64,000 nucleotides of DNA from Candidatus Staskawiczbacteria bacterium (GTDB lineage: Bacteria > Patescibacteriota > Minisyncoccia > Minisyncoccales > Staskawiczbacteraceae). The notes under the pieces are model-generated. The model did no database searches. It was given only the letters and a program-made list of their open reading frames with translations, and was not told the DNA's origin. The DNA lies in contig JAPLZC010000010.1 in the NCBI GenBank assembly GCA_026395215.1, forward strand, positions 7,371 to 71,370, given 5' to 3'. The first letter of the stretch is position 1, and each line of letters begins with the position of its first letter. The translations under genes and the position numbers were made by a program. Shown in pieces: positions 50,721 through 59,541 of the stretch.

Positions 50721-52367
50721 TTATTTTGTGGGATATAAAAACTTTTTTAAGAGTGAATCAACAAGAATTTTACTTTCGGGAGATTTTAATAAATGTGTGA
50801 CAATAGCATAAGTGGCAACACCAACTGAACCGGAAACAATTAACTGGAAAAATATTCCCCAAAAAGCTTGCAAACTAACTATTGAACCCAATAATTGTCG
50901 CACAATAAAAGTAACTACAACCATAACCAAAGAGGCAATTAATATCTTATACAGGGAATCATAAATTTCCTTTGAATTTAAATTTGAAAATTTCCTAGAA
51001 AACATATACATAAGCAAGGCACACTCTAAAACAGCTGTAATTGTGTAGGCCAAAGCAAGAGCAATCACGCCAATGTTGGCAACTCCACCTAATCTTAACA
51101 CACTTTGCAAGAAAAAATTAAACTCTGGAAAAAACCTGACAAGCCATACCAGCAATAAGCTAAGTATAATATTAAAAGCCACAGTTAACCCGCTAATTAT
51201 GGCCGGAATTTTTGTATTATGAGCGGCATAAAACGTTTTTGATAAAAATAAAATAAGAGCTTGAGCAACAAGGTTTAAAGCCAAAATGCCAAGACAAGCC
51301 GTTGTTAGTTTTGTATCCGCCCAGTCAAACCTTCCTGCCCCTAAAACCACCCTGACTATCTGAGCTCTCAAAATCAACAAGAGTAAGCTTAACGGAATAA
51401 CCAAAAATATTATCTGTCTAAATATGCCGGAAAATTTTCTTAAAAATTCGTCTTTTTCCTCATTCAAAAAGGCCATAGACATAGAAGGAAAAGAAGCAGT
51501 TGAAACAGAGACTGCCACCGCGTTAACCAAAATTGACGACAAATTATTTGCTAAGTTAAAAACTGCAATTGAACCTGACATTAAGGTAGAAGCAATGGCG
51601 GTTGTAGCAATTGTGTTTAACTGCCCAGCCCCCAAACCCAAAGATCTTGGCACCATCATCTTCATTGTTTTTACCACTCCTTCATCTTTATAGTCAAAAC
51701 TTGCCTTATATTTAAATCCGGAAAAAAAGAAGGCCGGCAATTGGACCGCTAAATGTAAAACTCCTCCAAGCACTACTCCCCAGGCCAGCCCCGAAAGACC
51801 AAACTTTGGCACAAAAAATATAATACCAATTATTATTCCTAGGTTGTATAACAACGGCGCCATGGCAGTCACTAAAAATCTATGGAACACCTGCAAAATT
51901 CCGCTTATCATATTTGAGGCGCCCAAAATAATTGGACTCAAAAACATAATACGCATTAACATAACAGCCAACTCTTTTTTCTCACCAGAAAATCCCGGAG
52001 CTATTAAAGAAATAATTGCCGGAGTAAAAACCAATAATATCAAACAGACAACAATCAGGCATCCCAAAAATACATTAAAAAGTAAAGAAGCATATCTCCA
52101 AGCTTCGTCTTTGTTCTTAACTAAATATGAACTAAAAATTGGTATTACCGCTGCTGATATTGCTCCAAAAATTAAAATTAAAGCAATAAAATCTGGAACA
52201 GTAAACGCTGTATAATAAACATCCAACTCACCTCCGGCTCCAAAAGTCCCTGCCAAAAGACGGTCTCTTATTAAACCTAAAAAAGCGCTTCCTAAATATG
52301 AAATCGCCAAAATTAATGAAGCAGAGCTTATAGACTTTGTCTGAGAATTAAAGAATTTTTGTATCAT
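50721..52367 (-). CDS. murJ: Lipid II flippase MurJ/MviN.
   Basis: Polytopic, with the N-terminal pattern SASLILAISYLGSAFLGLIRDRLLAGTFGAG. The first ATG is at 52367; the track TTG is at 52406. Confidence 0.8.
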   Translation of the reverse strand: MIQKFFNSQTKSISSASLILAISYLGSAFLGLIRDRLLAGTFGAGGELDVYYTAFTVPDFIALILIFGAISAAVIPIFSSYLVKNKDEAWRYASLLFNVFLGCLIVVCLILLVFTPAIISLIAPGFSGEKKELAVMLMRIMFLSPIILGASNMISGILQVFHRFLVTAMAPLLYNLGIIIGIIFFVPKFGLSGLAWGVVLGGVLHLAVQLPAFFFSGFKYKASFDYKDEGVVKTMKMMVPRSLGLGAGQLNTIATTAIASTLMSGSIAVFNLANNLSSILVNAVAVSVSTASFPSMSMAFLNEEKDEFLRKFSGIFRQIIFLVIPLSLLLLILRAQIVRVVLGAGRFDWADTKLTTACLGILALNLVAQALILFLSKTFYAAHNTKIPAIISGLTVAFNIILSLLLVWLVRFFPEFNFFLQSVLRLGGVANIGVIALALAYTITAVLECALLMYMFSRKFSNLNSKEIYDSLYKILIASLVMVVVTFIVRQLLGSIVSLQAFWGIFFQLIVSGSVGVATYAIVTHLLKSPESKILVDSLLKKFLYPTK

Positions 52368-52426
52368 TGAATATTTAATCTTAACAAAAAAATCGTCCTT
52401 CAACAAGTTCAGGACGATTTCTTAGT

Positions 52427-52787
52427 TGTCTTAGCAAGACTGTAAGCCGAATTCTGTATTATGTGATTATCTATCTGCCCATTCGATTACTCTCAGGGTC
52501 GAGCGAACTACTTTTAACCTTTTTCGATGATGAAACAACGAAAATAGGCTTTGTTCTTGCACCCAATAAGGATTTAGCCGTTTCATTCTTGCATTTCTGC
52601 AAAACTTATCCTTGCGGATACCTCTGCCTTTCGGCTTTGGCGTTACTGTTCGCACCTCTGTCTTACGACTGATGGCTGTTAGCCACTATACTTTTAGAGC
52701 CGCTTTCGCGACAATTGGTGTTCGGACTTTCCTCCCCGTCACAATGCCGAAGCTTTGGTCGGGGCAATCACTCATCTTGCTAAGACA
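52427..52787 (-). ncRNA. rnpB: RNase P RNA (bacterial type).
   Basis: The minus strand contains GGGGAGGAAAGTCCGAACACC (P4 5' strand) and ACAGAATTCGGCTTACAG. The P1 stem TGTCTTAGCAAG / CTTGCTAAGACA closes the ends. Confidence 0.9.
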
Positions 52788-52792
52788 ATTTA

Positions 52793-52820
52793 ATACTACC
52801 ATTATATAATCTATTGTCAA
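52793..52820 (-). promoter_or_regulatory. Promoter of rnpB.
   Basis: The minus strand reads TTGACA-16 nt-TAGTAT, ending about 6 nt before the predicted 5' end. Confidence 0.6.
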
Positions 52821-52825
52821 GACAA

Positions 52826-52859
52826 ATAAAAACCCAGCCAATTTCCAATTGACTGGGGG
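52826..52859 (-). terminator. Terminator after the small peptide gene.
   Basis: The minus strand reads CCCAGTCAATTggaAATTGGCTGGGttttta. Confidence 0.75.
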
Positions 52860-52913
52860 TTACATTGTTAGACCTTACGGTCCTTAATAGTTAGAGTGAC
52901 AACCCACAGGGGG

Positions 52914-53075
52914 TTAATCATCACCGCCGTTGCCGTCGCCGTCACCGTCACCACTGGATGCACTGCAACCTTCGGAACTGCTGGTTCCGTCAGTGCGGGC
53001 GTTCTTCATTGAACGCTGGTTATTCCAGTGGGCGTAGCCCGCCTTGATGCGGGCAAGTTTAGCATTGGTTTTCAC
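52914..53075 (-). CDS. 53-aa peptide MKTNAKLARIKAGYAHWNNQRSMKNARTDGTSSSEGCSASSGDGDGDGNGGDD (candidate rSAM substrate).
   Basis: Strong RBS GAAAGGAGG, then 5 nt, then GTG at 53075. It lies immediately downstream of the rSAM gene and has its own terminator. Hand counts give about 60% G+C. Confidence 0.6.
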   Translation of the reverse strand: MKTNAKLARIKAGYAHWNNQRSMKNARTDGTSSSEGCSASSGDGDGDGNGGDD

Positions 53076-53113
53076 TTTTACCTCCTTTCTTCCCGTTGAG
53101 CAATGGAAATCCA

Positions 53114-54196
53114 TTACTTAGAGAATCTCCAACACTGAGGATCTGGTGCGTAAAAATTCCCGCCAGAAGCTCCAAAAGCTACAGCAGGACATCCGCGACA
53201 ATAACACATGAGAGGACACCTCGAACAAATTTCGTGCCTTTTGATATCACGATAGAAGTCGAGTTCCTTGGAAGTGAAGACTTCCATTACGCTCTGCTCG
53301 GGCATTTTGCCTATTTTACTATTGAATCTTCTACAAGCAAAGACAGTGCCGTCAGCCAATACAGCCAAGTCTCTTGCGCCAATATGGCAACCCGAGATAA
53401 TTTGGCCTTCAGGATTTGATTCCAGACTGAACTTGCCCTGCTCATACAAAAGAAGCTTCCACAAATGATCCTTCAAAGTAAAGTTTGTCCTTGAACCCTT
53501 TGCTTTCAGTTCAGCAACAACTCCTTGAACCTCTATTAAAAAACTCCTATATTCATGGGGAGTGAATGCCGCCTCTTCCCGAGAAATCCTAGTATCAATC
53601 ACAGGATTTGTAGACAAGCGGGCAAAGGCAAAGGTTTTAACACCCAAATTACTTACCAGCTTCATCACATCAAATAAGTCATTGTGGTTTTTCTTGCTGA
53701 GAGTAAACATAACTACCGCTCTCATTTTATATTCAACAAGAAGTTTGATTGCCTTAACCGTGGCGGAAAAACTTCCCTGTTTGCGCAGGTGATCGTGCAT
53801 TTTCTCCATTCCGTCAAGGCTTACCTGGTAATTGACTACTCCCAGTTCCTTCATGCGAGAAATATTCCCAGCAGAAAGATGAAAAGGATTTCCTAAAATA
53901 TTCAAGCTGATTCCCTGTAGCGACGCATACTGCAGTATCTCAAAAAAATCGGGCCGCAGTAAAGGATCACCACCGGTGAAATTAATCCTAGGACGCGCTT
54001 CCGCAGCCTCACAAAATTCAAGAAATGAATCAATTATGGACTTACAGTCCGCGAGTGAGAGCTCTTTTTCAAGCTCACGCTTATAGACCTGCGGATCATT
54101 GACCATATAACAGTGTGCACATGACTGGTCGCAAAGACCTGTGATATGCCACTGGATAACAAAAACCGGCCGATTAGGATCGTACTTCTTACTCAT
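53114..54196 (-). CDS. Radical SAM enzyme with a C-terminal SPASM-type Cys cluster (peptide-maturase-like).
   Basis: The CDQSCAHC (CxxxCxxC) motif lies near the N-terminus. The C-terminus reads CSRCPLMCYCRGCPAVA...DPQCW. Confidence 0.8.
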   Translation of the reverse strand: MSKKYDPNRPVFVIQWHITGLCDQSCAHCYMVNDPQVYKRELEKELSLADCKSIIDSFLEFCEAAEARPRINFTGGDPLLRPDFFEILQYASLQGISLNILGNPFHLSAGNISRMKELGVVNYQVSLDGMEKMHDHLRKQGSFSATVKAIKLLVEYKMRAVVMFTLSKKNHNDLFDVMKLVSNLGVKTFAFARLSTNPVIDTRISREEAAFTPHEYRSFLIEVQGVVAELKAKGSRTNFTLKDHLWKLLLYEQGKFSLESNPEGQIISGCHIGARDLAVLADGTVFACRRFNSKIGKMPEQSVMEVFTSKELDFYRDIKRHEICSRCPLMCYCRGCPAVAFGASGGNFYAPDPQCWRFSK

Positions 54197-54232
54197 GTAG
54201 CACCAACTTTCTTTTAAAAGAGCTTACTATTT

Positions 54233-54260
54233 ATACTAATGAAATTGGCAACATTGTCAA
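54233..54260 (-). promoter_or_regulatory. Promoter of the rSAM-peptide operon.
   Basis: The minus strand reads TTGACA-16 nt-TAGTAT(AAAT). Confidence 0.55.
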
Positions 54261-54296
54261 CAAAAATCTGTAGAAATACGTCTGTGATAAATTCAG

Positions 54297-54321
54297 TAAA
54301 AAAGGCCCCAAATGGGGCCCA
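54297..54321 (-). terminator. Terminator after metK.
   Basis: The minus strand reads GGCCCCAtttGGGGCCtttttt. Confidence 0.8.
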
Positions 54322-54327
54322 TTTTTA

Positions 54328-55383
54328 TTAAATTTTTATAATTTGTTCCCAGGGAAGATCTGCTTTGCCAAAATGGCCGTAGCTGGCGGTTATTTGGTAA
54401 ATTGGCTGACGAAGATTTAAAGTTTTTATAATAGAATTTGGTTTAAAATCAAACTTCTCTCTTATAAGTGCGCTTAAGTCTTTACCATTTTCATCTATTG
54501 CAGAAACCATTAAAGGCTCGGCTTTTCCTATGGCATATGCAACCGAAACCAAACATTGTTTGGCATATCCGTTAGCAACAATATTTTTTGCAGCAAACCT
54601 TGCCATATAGGCAGCCGATCTATCAACTTTGCTTGGGTCTTTACCGGAAAAACATCCTCCTCCATGATTAATCAGTCCACAATAAGTATCAACCATTATT
54701 TTTCTGCCGGTTAATCCTGTGTCTGCTTCAAATCCTCCCTGCACAAATTTACCTGTTGGGTTAACAAATATTTCCACATCAGAAATATCGCCCATAATAG
54801 GCTTTATTAATTTTTCTATTAAATTTTTTTTTATTTCTTCCTGAGAAATATTTTCGTCGTGCTGAGTGCTCACCAGAATATTTTCAACCTTTCCATTATT
54901 AATTGTTATCTGAGTTTTGCCGTCTGGCTTTAGCCATAAAATTTCTCCTTTTTCTCTTAATTCCTGCAAACCTTTTGCCAACGCATGAACTTTTACAACC
55001 GCCCACGGCATAAATTCTGGAGTTTCATCAGTTGCATATCCATACATAATTCCTTGGTCACCAGCTCCACCCGTATCTACTCCCATAGCTATGTCTGGGG
55101 ACTGTTGAACAATATTTATTATAAATTTTAACTCTTGTGTATAACCAACATCTTTATAAACCTTTCGGGCAACTTCCTCATAGTTTACTTTGGCTGTTGT
55201 TGTAACCTCACCCCCAATTACCACCAACCCATGTCCTCCAAATGACTCCACTGCCACTCTTGAGTTTGGGTCTTGTGCCAAACAAGCATCTAAAATGGCG
55301 TCTGAAATTTGATCACAAACTTTGTCCGGATGCCCCGCTGTAACGCTTTCTACTGTGTATGTTTGTTGGTTTATTATGCTCAT
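54328..55383 (-). CDS. metK: S-adenosylmethionine synthetase.
   Basis: Motif ESVTAGHPDKVCDQISDAILDA. The start is re-set to ATG 55383 (MSIINQQTY). Confidence 0.9.
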   Translation of the reverse strand: MSIINQQTYTVESVTAGHPDKVCDQISDAILDACLAQDPNSRVAVESFGGHGLVVIGGEVTTTAKVNYEEVARKVYKDVGYTQELKFIINIVQQSPDIAMGVDTGGAGDQGIMYGYATDETPEFMPWAVVKVHALAKGLQELREKGEILWLKPDGKTQITINNGKVENILVSTQHDENISQEEIKKNLIEKLIKPIMGDISDVEIFVNPTGKFVQGGFEADTGLTGRKIMVDTYCGLINHGGGCFSGKDPSKVDRSAAYMARFAAKNIVANGYAKQCLVSVAYAIGKAEPLMVSAIDENGKDLSALIREKFDFKPNSIIKTLNLRQPIYQITASYGHFGKADLPWEQIIKI

Positions 55384-55384
55384 A

Positions 55385-56560
55385 TTATTTTTTTCCGCCA
55401 GAGGCGGATCCGCCTTGGGCGGAAAAATATTTATTAAGGCATTTTTCAAATTTACCCAAATATTCATTTTTAACTCTAAACCCGGAGGCTAGTGCGTGAC
55501 CACCATAGGTCATTAAAAAATCATCGCATTCTTTCATTGCATCAACCGAGTTTGTGCCCTTAGGATTCCTTACTGAACCGCAAGACTCTTTGTCCATTTT
55601 CTTATAAATAAATGCGGGCTTGTTGTATTTATTACAAATTATTGACGCAACTGATCCCGCTAAAGTAAGTTTCCATGCGGGGTCACCCTCAAAAATAATT
55701 GAACTATCTTGTTTTTGTGAAATTCTCCTTTCAATTTCCTGCACAACATTTTTAACCTGAATTTGTTTATAATTATTTTTATCCAAAAGTTTTTGAGCCA
55801 TTTCCTTACACTTTTCTTTGTCAGAGCAGGTTAAAAGAACGTATGATTCATTTTCAAAATTAACAGATTCTGCCGCATTTAATCCGGAAATTATTTTTGG
55901 CAAAGCGCCCTCAAAAACTTCTCCATTTCCTAAAATATCTAAAAATGCTTTTATTGCCGGTCTAAATGTATTTTTTAAAGACCTCAAACCATGTTCAATT
56001 ATTTCCTGATTCTGTTCTATTTGTGGAACCATATCTGAAATTGTTCCCAATGCCGCCAATTCTAAGAAACTGTTTTTTAAACTACTAGAAACATTTTTCC
56101 CCAACAATTCCATGCAAAGATTAAATGTAACGCCAACATTAGCAAGGCCCTTAAAAGGATAAGGGTCATCTAATTGTTTCATATCAACAATTATAGAAGC
56201 CTTTGGAATTCCGGCAAGCGGTTCGTGATGGTCAACAATTATAACTTCAAAACCTAATTCGTTTGCAATATCAACCTCCTTAATATTTCCTATACCCAAA
56301 TCAAAAGTAATAAAAAGCGCCGGTGCTTTATTTTTTAACATTTCCAGCGCTTTTAAATTTATTCCATAACCATCGTTTTCCCTGTCAGGAAAAAATGCAC
56401 AATCAATGTGCCCTCCCAAACTTTTAATAGCTTCTTCTGCAATAACAACCGAAGAAATCCCATCTAAGTCAGAATCACCATACAATATAATACGCTCGCT
56501 GTTTTTTACAGCAAGCTTTATCCTCTCCGCCGCTTTTTCTATGTTCTTTATCTTTTGCAT
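55385..56560 (-). CDS. DHH/DHHA1-family phosphoesterase (RecJ/NrnA-like).
   Basis: Motifs YGDSDLDGISS, IIVDHHEP and GGHALASGF. The likely start is MQKIKNIEK (56560); the track start is 56611. Confidence 0.75.
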   Translation of the reverse strand: MQKIKNIEKAAERIKLAVKNSERIILYGDSDLDGISSVVIAEEAIKSLGGHIDCAFFPDRENDGYGINLKALEMLKNKAPALFITFDLGIGNIKEVDIANELGFEVIIVDHHEPLAGIPKASIIVDMKQLDDPYPFKGLANVGVTFNLCMELLGKNVSSSLKNSFLELAALGTISDMVPQIEQNQEIIEHGLRSLKNTFRPAIKAFLDILGNGEVFEGALPKIISGLNAAESVNFENESYVLLTCSDKEKCKEMAQKLLDKNNYKQIQVKNVVQEIERRISQKQDSSIIFEGDPAWKLTLAGSVASIICNKYNKPAFIYKKMDKESCGSVRNPKGTNSVDAMKECDDFLMTYGGHALASGFRVKNEYLGKFEKCLNKYFSAQGGSASGGKK

Positions 56561-56719
56561 ATATTTAATTAATGAACCTAGTGAAGAAATAGATTTTAAA
56601 GGCACCTTCAAAGGCAGTTTAGCTTGGTTTCGCGAAGCGAATAAACTGCCGAGAATGAGGCGCGTCGAGCCGCTGGGCGAGACGACGCCGGTGCCGACTA
56701 AAATTTATTTCTGAGCGTT

Positions 56720-57757
56720 TTATCCAAGTGCTTCCATCCCCGGCAATTTTTCTCCACCTAAATACGCCAGCATTGCGCCACCACCGGTACTAACATGACT
56801 GAACTTATCAATCATACCTTTTTTTGTGACAAACTCAACTGTTTCCCCTCCTCCAACCACCGAAAACGCTCCGCTACCCGCTATTGCTTCTGCAATTGCC
56901 AAAGTCCCCTTTTCATATAATTTGTCTTCATATTTTCCAAACGGCCCATTCCACAAAATTGTCTTTGCTTGACTAATCTTTTCTTGAAAAATTTTAATTG
57001 ATTCGTCTGTAATATCCAACGCCCCCAAATCACCCACAGGTTTTACAATTTTCTCAGGAAATTTAAATTCAATATTTTTTTCGGCAACCTCTTTTGCAAT
57101 CAACCCACTTATTATGACAAAATCTGCCGCTGCCGAAATATTATCAATAAATTTTGCCTTTGTTTCAACCTTAGCTCCTCCAATAATTGCCAACATTGGT
57201 TTCTCTGGGCTTTTCATAACCCTATCTAATGACACAATTTCTTTCTCAAGTAATAACCCGGCACAACTTGGTAGAAGCTTCGGTAACAAAGCAACTGAAG
57301 CATTGGCCCTATGGCAAACTCCAAAAGCATCATTTACATAGATGTCGCCCAAAAATGAAAGTTTCTTTGCAAAAGCAGGATCATTGTCGGTTTCTTCTTT
57401 GTGAAACCTCAAATTTTCCAACAACAAAATATGCCCGGCTTTTAGTTTTTTGCTTTGCTCTTCTACTTCCAACCCAACACAGTCATCTTCTTTTGCAATT
57501 GGACAATTCAAATATTCTGCAATCTTTTCTGCCACCTTATCAAGCTTCAATTCCGGCACAACTTGTCCTTTAGGTTCTCCCAAGTGACACATTAAAATTA
57601 TTTTTGCCTTTTGCTCAATTAAATATTTTATAGTCGGCAAAGTTTGCCTTATTCTAAAATCATCTGAAATATTCCCTTTCTCATCTAGCGGTACATTAAA
57701 ATCGCACCTTACCAAGACGCGTTTATCAGCTACATTAAATTCCTTTAAGGTTTTCAT
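56720..57757 (-). CDS. pgk: Phosphoglycerate kinase (compact, 345 aa).
   Basis: Motifs VRCDFNVPLD and NGPFGKYE, with STGGGAMLAYLGG near the C-terminus. Confidence 0.9.
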   Translation of the reverse strand: MKTLKEFNVADKRVLVRCDFNVPLDEKGNISDDFRIRQTLPTIKYLIEQKAKIILMCHLGEPKGQVVPELKLDKVAEKIAEYLNCPIAKEDDCVGLEVEEQSKKLKAGHILLLENLRFHKEETDNDPAFAKKLSFLGDIYVNDAFGVCHRANASVALLPKLLPSCAGLLLEKEIVSLDRVMKSPEKPMLAIIGGAKVETKAKFIDNISAAADFVIISGLIAKEVAEKNIEFKFPEKIVKPVGDLGALDITDESIKIFQEKISQAKTILWNGPFGKYEDKLYEKGTLAIAEAIAGSGAFSVVGGGETVEFVTKKGMIDKFSHVSTGGGAMLAYLGGEKLPGMEALG

Positions 57758-57804
57758 AGTTTAGCAATATTATATTACTACTAATTATATGATATTTTTG
57801 CTCT

Positions 57805-59475
57805 TTACGCCACCTCGTTCTGATAGCAACTCTCACAGTACACTATCTCTGGCCTATCGGGAGCATAAGTTGTTTTTATATCCCTCGAGCACTTGGCGCA
57901 TTGACGGTTATAAATGGTCATTGGGCCTCGGCGAGTTAATCTGTCTTTGTGCCTGCAAAAAAAGCATTTATGTGGCAAAGGCAAAATCATCTTTCTATAA
58001 AACTGAAATTCCTGCTGAATTATTTTGTAATTTCTTCCGCAAACTTCACAAGCAAGAATTTCTTTTACTATAGAATCTTGAATATCATTTATATTATCTG
58101 GAATCTCCCCTATTTTTATGGTTTCCTTGCCCTTAGTCATTTGAAAATTATCCTGCCACCTGTAGCCCAGATTCAAAACTTCTTCTTTAGTCAGAGGATA
58201 ATTATCTTGAGCAATTGTTTCATTATAAGCAAAAGGCGCAATTGATGGCGGAAAGTATAATCCAAAAAGATTTTTTTCTTTGAGCTCAGAAATTATCTTT
58301 CCGGTAATCTGCCGATATTCTTCCTCGCTATATTGCTTATTCAAGATACAGTAACGAGCATTTTTTAAACTGTCACACCCAAAGCAATCCTCACAAGAAC
58401 GCAGACCAAATACATAAAACAAATCATGAGAAGTTGTAGTCCACCATGAACCAATAACATTCCGAGAAGTGCCCACTGCGACATTGCTAAGCAGAAGTTC
58501 GCTTCGGCGGCCATGACCAATTAGATCATAACAATCCTTGACATATTTATTAGAAAAAAGATAACGAGAATCCTCGCTAAAAGAAACCTCAAAAGAATCA
58601 TGACAATTTTTTGACTCAAAAACATATTCACCAGAAGAATTAGCGCTTTTTAAATTATTATTTTCCCGATGTGATTGCTTAATGAGGAGTTCTTCAAACT
58701 CTTTTCGGAAAGCCTCCATCTTTACATAACTGCCCTTTATTTCTTCTATTCGTTTCTCATAATCTTCTTTAGAAAGAGGCTGATTTAAGAAATGATATGA
58801 TTTATGACGCAAATTTACACAACCAAAACAATTCTGGCACCCAGAACAACTATACAAATACCAACTGTCCATGCAATCATTGGTATTTTGGGAAAAAATA
58901 ACATTTGATGAATTATGGGTATTAATAATTTCATAACCCCCTTCGGTTTTATCGCTATAATAACCATCAAAAAGATCTTTGCAGTGAGCGAGCCCCCGTG
59001 AATACGAACAATTCTCATTATTGGGACCGGAATTAAAAATAAAATAACAATCCTTGTTCCCTCCTGCAAAATTTGTAAATTCACTATTAATGTTTGGCCC
59101 TATATCTTCAGATGCAAAAGTTCCTGCTTTGGGGACTTTCTTTAGCAATTCACCCATTTGCTCAAAAAATGGTCGCTTTGGGTCATAATCTTTGCCATAT
59201 TCCATGGGATCCCACTTGTCTGACAGCCAGCAATCCTGGCAATAAACAGTATATGGAGAATCTGGGTGGTACATTGCCACAATAGACTTACCGCAAAGCT
59301 GACACTTTCGGCTATAAAGATACATTTCATTACGCCAAAGCGCCCTCCACTGAAACCGACACCTTGGACAATTTACTGGTGCTGGAACTTTCATCTTCCC
59401 ATAAAATGCAAAATCATCCGGCTCAATTACAAAGTCCTTTTTACAATTCTGACAAACTTTTGTTTCGTTTTGCAT
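57805..59475 (-). CDS. Cys-rich zinc-ribbon repeat protein, paralogue 1.
   Basis: The N- and C-terminal modules are CxxC..DF.FY.KM.(V/L)P.P..C..CR. The centre has two copies of (D/N)CFGC..L.(N/H).(K/R)..Y, and the protein ends YAPDRPEIVYCESCYQNEVA. Confidence 0.7.
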   Translation of the reverse strand: MQNETKVCQNCKKDFVIEPDDFAFYGKMKVPAPVNCPRCRFQWRALWRNEMYLYSRKCQLCGKSIVAMYHPDSPYTVYCQDCWLSDKWDPMEYGKDYDPKRPFFEQMGELLKKVPKAGTFASEDIGPNINSEFTNFAGGNKDCYFIFNSGPNNENCSYSRGLAHCKDLFDGYYSDKTEGGYEIINTHNSSNVIFSQNTNDCMDSWYLYSCSGCQNCFGCVNLRHKSYHFLNQPLSKEDYEKRIEEIKGSYVKMEAFRKEFEELLIKQSHRENNNLKSANSSGEYVFESKNCHDSFEVSFSEDSRYLFSNKYVKDCYDLIGHGRRSELLLSNVAVGTSRNVIGSWWTTTSHDLFYVFGLRSCEDCFGCDSLKNARYCILNKQYSEEEYRQITGKIISELKEKNLFGLYFPPSIAPFAYNETIAQDNYPLTKEEVLNLGYRWQDNFQMTKGKETIKIGEIPDNINDIQDSIVKEILACEVCGRNYKIIQQEFQFYRKMILPLPHKCFFCRHKDRLTRRGPMTIYNRQCAKCSRDIKTTYAPDRPEIVYCESCYQNEVA

Positions 59476-59541
59476 TTTATTTTTAGTCGGTTTTTTTTCT
59501 GGAGCAAAAAACCCAACTATTTTATATTTACTATTTTATAA

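Noticed and set aside
52463-52809. Three track ORFs (52463..52672 +, 52467..52655 -, 52612..52809 +).
   Set aside because: They lie entirely within the RNase P RNA gene, which has the conserved GAGGAAAGUCCG and ACAGAAnnnGGCUUA motifs and a closing P1 stem.
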